From IMG/VR virus record IMGVR_UViG_3300032307_000369, positions 1-64,000 of that record: a DNA stretch of 64,000 bases. One strand, 5' to 3'. A model generated the notes under the pieces. That model had not been told where the DNA came from. It did not search any database and saw only the letters and a program-made list of their open reading frames with translations. A program made the translations under genes and the position numbers. The stretch's first letter is position 1; each line of letters opens with the position of its first letter. This document shows, one piece after another, positions 61,451 through 64,000 of this stretch.

Positions 61451-62251
61451 ATGAGCTATCCGTATTTGATTCAAGGCAATAATGTTGTTGTGGTAATTGA
61501 CAACAAGCCGCACACTATCAGCAAGACACATATCACTTACCAAAAGGTAGTTGATGCAATTAAAGCTAATGACTGGGAAACAGTTAAAGACACAATTGAA
61601 CCTAAAAAGGTTGTACTAGAGTACGGCAAAGGTAACGTTGAAGTCCAAGGAGAACAGTTGTTTTGGAAAGGCAAAGCGTTTCATAATGCTTTGGCAACTC
61701 GTATGATCCAAATGTTGCAAGATGGTTTCCCAGTGGAACCTCTAGTCAACTTTATGGAAAATTTGATGAAGAACCCTAGTTACCGTTCAGTAAATGAACT
61801 GTATGGTTTCTTGGAAAAGAACAACTTGCCAATTACCAGCGATGGTCACTTCCTTGCTTATAAGAAAGTTCGTAAGGATTATAAAGACTGTCATACTGGT
61901 ACAATGGATAACAGTATTGGTCAAGTGGTTGAAATGGAACGTCATAGTGTTGACGACAATGCCAACAATACTTGCAGTTCTGGTTTGCACTTCTGTTCCA
62001 AAGAGTACTTGAATAGTTTTGGTGGCGACCGCACTGTGATTGTTAAAATCAATCCTGCAGATGTTGTTAGTATTCCCACTGACTATGACTTTAGCAAGGG
62101 TCGTGCTTGCCGATACGAAGTTATTGGTGAGTTGGGTGTACATCCAGACGATGCTTTCAAAGCACCTGTTCAAGATGAAGCCTACACACAAGAGCAACTG
62201 GATGCCGCAGTTAAGGCCGCAGTTGAAGCCGCTCTTAAGGTAACACAATGA
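61451..62251 (+). CDS. rIIB: rIIB-like protein
   Basis: NPS..SV.ELY.FL....LPIT.DG.FLAYK.V, CSSGLH, V.INP.DVVSIP.D....K.R.C.Y.V. Confidence 0.88.
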   Translation: MSYPYLIQGNNVVVVIDNKPHTISKTHITYQKVVDAIKANDWETVKDTIEPKKVVLEYGKGNVEVQGEQLFWKGKAFHNALATRMIQMLQDGFPVEPLVNFMENLMKNPSYRSVNELYGFLEKNNLPITSDGHFLAYKKVRKDYKDCHTGTMDNSIGQVVEMERHSVDDNANNTCSSGLHFCSKEYLNSFGGDRTVIVKINPADVVSIPTDYDFSKGRACRYEVIGELGVHPDDAFKAPVQDEAYTQEQLDAAVKAAVEAALKVTQ

Positions 62252-62424
62252 TTAGACTTTGGTTAGCCTTTGCTATCCTTGCCGTCCTGATCCATTTGGG
62301 TATCACTACCTGGAGGAATTTGGAAGGCAAGGAACGTTGGACCTTGACAAAGTCTGTATCGTATAGTATAATTGTCGCATTGCTAGCCGTGCTAGCAATG
62401 ACTGTAATCGTAATTCTTTTTTAA
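62248..62424 (+). CDS. 58-aa two-TM membrane peptide (MIRLWLAFAIL...)
   Basis: ATGA overlap with the rIIB stop; two hydrophobic helices. Confidence 0.6.
   Translation: MIRLWLAFAILAVLIHLGITTWRNLEGKERWTLTKSVSYSIIVALLAVLAMTVIVILF
62344..62372 (+). promoter_or_regulatory. Consensus sigma70 promoter inside the small ORF
   Basis: TTGACA-N17-TATAAT. Confidence 0.6.
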
Positions 62425-62432
62425 GGATTTAT

Positions 62433-62519
62433 ATGATTGATGATCGTTGGTTGCGCCCACTGTATTTTGCTTTGGGGTTTGCTGTTTGCTTCTTTCTTTT
62501 TTCACAAGGTATTATTTAA
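62433..62519 (+). CDS. 28-aa membrane peptide MIDDRWLRPLYFALGFAVCFFLFSQGII
   Basis: SD AAGGA; stop 1 nt before the SPFH start. Confidence 0.5.
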   Translation: MIDDRWLRPLYFALGFAVCFFLFSQGII

Positions 62520-62520
62520 A

Positions 62521-63315
62521 ATGAAACGTATTTTTACTCTCTCTATTCTTGCCGCCGCAGTTTTGGCAACGGGTTGTACTCGTATTGAAACTGGTGAGGT
62601 TGGTGTTCGTGTTGGCTTTGACAAACAAGTCCAAAGTGGCGAACTATTGCCAGGTTCTTTCAATCAGGTCTTGATTGGTGACGTGCTCACATTCCCAATC
62701 AAAGATGTTAATGTCAAATTGGAAGACATGACTCCTGTGGCTAAAGATAACAGCACAATGAAAGACTTTGATGCTGTGGTTATCTATAACATTAACCAGG
62801 CGCAGGTTGCTGAACTTTACAGCACAAAGAGTCAGGCATTCCATGCCCGCCACAATGGCGACATCTACTTGATGTATAACTACATTGTTCAAACTACTCG
62901 CAATGCTATCTACAAAGAAGCACGTAAGTACGAAGCATTGGACATGGCAGACAATCGTCAACAAATGGAACAGGCTATTAAAGAGCAGATCCAAAAGTCA
63001 CTCGCTGATGAAAAGCTAGATGGCAGTTTGGTCGTTGGTCAAGTCTTGATCCGTAACATTGTGCCAGCTGACTCAGTTGTTGAAAGTGCTAACGCATTGG
63101 TTCGTGCTAAAAACGAATTGAAACAGAAAGAAGTTGAAGTTCGTACTGCCAAGATGGAAGCAGAACGTATGCAGGCATTGAGCAATCAAGGTGCTCAGAG
63201 TATTGCCTACATGCAAGCACAGGCTATGATGAACATCTCTGAAGGTATTAAGAACGGTAAAGTTCAGACTATTGTTGTGCCAAGCAACATGACTGGCTTG
63301 ATGATTAACAAGTAA
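62521..63315 (+). CDS. SPFH/Band-7 domain lipoprotein
   Basis: MKRIF..LATGC lipobox, I.TGEVGV.V.F, AE.ME, coiled coil; start reset to ATG 62521. Confidence 0.85.
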   Translation: MKRIFTLSILAAAVLATGCTRIETGEVGVRVGFDKQVQSGELLPGSFNQVLIGDVLTFPIKDVNVKLEDMTPVAKDNSTMKDFDAVVIYNINQAQVAELYSTKSQAFHARHNGDIYLMYNYIVQTTRNAIYKEARKYEALDMADNRQQMEQAIKEQIQKSLADEKLDGSLVVGQVLIRNIVPADSVVESANALVRAKNELKQKEVEVRTAKMEAERMQALSNQGAQSIAYMQAQAMMNISEGIKNGKVQTIVVPSNMTGLMINK

Positions 63316-63316
63316 T

Positions 63317-63763
63317 ATGAAACTGTTCGGACGTAGTAGCGGATACTATCTATTCTGGACAGGCTTTGTATATTTCTGGATTGGCATGTATCTTGCTTTT
63401 ACGCAAGTTGCCCGTCCAGAAATTGCCACACTAGGATTTGTACTAGCTCTTAGTGTACCACTTTGGTGCCCGCCAGTTGCTCGTTATTTTAACATGGAGC
63501 CTTTAATGTTTGATTGGTTTAAAAAGAAAGAGTATTCTAACGTGGTTAAGTTTCCAGAACCTAAGGCAGTGCCTGATATCCCTTATGTTGCGCCTCCTGA
63601 GCCAGAAAAGCCTGCTAAAATTTTCTATCGTATTGGTGTGACAGACAATAACCGAGTTGCGTTTAGTATGGGCATGTCTGAAATTATCATGACCAAAGTA
63701 GGTTGTCAACAAATGATTGATCAACTTGAAGTATTCATGAATCAACTGCCTGACGAAGAATGA
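63317..63763 (+). CDS. Hypothetical protein with two N-terminal TM helices
   Basis: ORF track; a second internal start at MFDWF is possible. Confidence 0.6.
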   Translation: MKLFGRSSGYYLFWTGFVYFWIGMYLAFTQVARPEIATLGFVLALSVPLWCPPVARYFNMEPLMFDWFKKKEYSNVVKFPEPKAVPDIPYVAPPEPEKPAKIFYRIGVTDNNRVAFSMGMSEIIMTKVGCQQMIDQLEVFMNQLPDEE

Positions 63764-64000
63764 TTAATTTTAATTTTTCTATTTCAAATCCTTGGAGTCA
63801 TCGTTGGAAAACTCTTTGGTGTAAGCACAGTCTGTTGTCAATCTACAAGGCAGTAGAATTTAATGGATATAAGACAAATACTATAATTACTGTTGACTTT
63901 AATTTAACTTCCCAAACTGACCATGCTGGACTACGATTGATGTTAGGGTTGTTTGGTTACGAAATAGAAGTTCATTTTTACGACACACGACACTGGGATA
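63760..64000 (+). CDS. Hypothetical protein, truncated by the window edge
   Basis: ATGA overlap; open to 64000. Confidence 0.55.
   Translation, partial: MINFNFSISNPWSHRWKTLWCKHSLLSIYKAVEFNGYKTNTIITVDFNLTSQTDHAGLRLMLGLFGYEIEVHFYDTRHWD

Noticed and set aside
62437-62520. N-terminal extension of the SPFH ORF from 62437
   Set aside because: The lipoprotein signal begins at ATG 62521; the upstream region encodes a separate 28-aa ORF in another frame.
1-64000. Stop-codon reassignment
   Set aside because: Long genes are intact in code 11, TAA/TGA-coupled junctions fit well, and there is no CUA or UCA suppressor tRNA.
1-64000. CRISPR array, rRNA, transposase, integrase, intein or group I/II intron
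   Set aside because: By eye I found no regularly spaced direct repeats and no recognisable signatures or interrupted conserved genes. A short cryptic element cannot be excluded.

Overview
This window is a 64 kb piece of a large, AT-rich lytic phage genome with T4-like features (rIIA/rIIB, Rnl1-type RNA ligase, TATAAATA late promoters, sigma70 TTGACA-N17-TAnnnT promoters). The host is probably a proteobacterium; DnaK looks betaproteobacterial (inference from motifs, no search run). Left to right: (1) 1-4250, minus strand: 17 tRNA genes interleaved with at least seven non-tRNA structured RNAs. The array is preceded by a 48-codon leader ORF that contains all 20 amino acids, an antiterminator strand and an intrinsic terminator, i.e. 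an apparent pan-amino-acid transcription attenuator for the phage tRNA operon. (2) 4250-18152, minus strand: a 17-gene tailoring cluster with five radical SAM enzymes (one B12-dependent), four Fe/2OG or JmjC oxygenases, two dehydrogenases and a 199-aa protein ending in CHVSCHSNCHNSRGRR, a likely modification target. (3) 19-38 kb: envelope proteins (SleB, entericidin-like, LPP20), ClpX, bS21, GuaC, GroES, a DUF401-like transporter plus an outer-membrane barrel, DnaK, Hsp20, ClpS, heme oxygenase and a PcyX-like bilin reductase. (4) 40.3-49.4 kb: CsgF, CsgG-SH3, two curlin-repeat proteins, a FecR-domain protein, TerC and a CHASE2 adenylate cyclase. (5) 50-64 kb: four more tRNAs (including a long-variable-arm UAU tRNA), phosphoesterases, a kinase, RNA ligase, rIIA/rIIB and an SPFH lipoprotein. 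No CRISPR array, rRNA, transposase or integrase was seen. Family assignments come from motif recognition only, and RNA structures were paired by eye.
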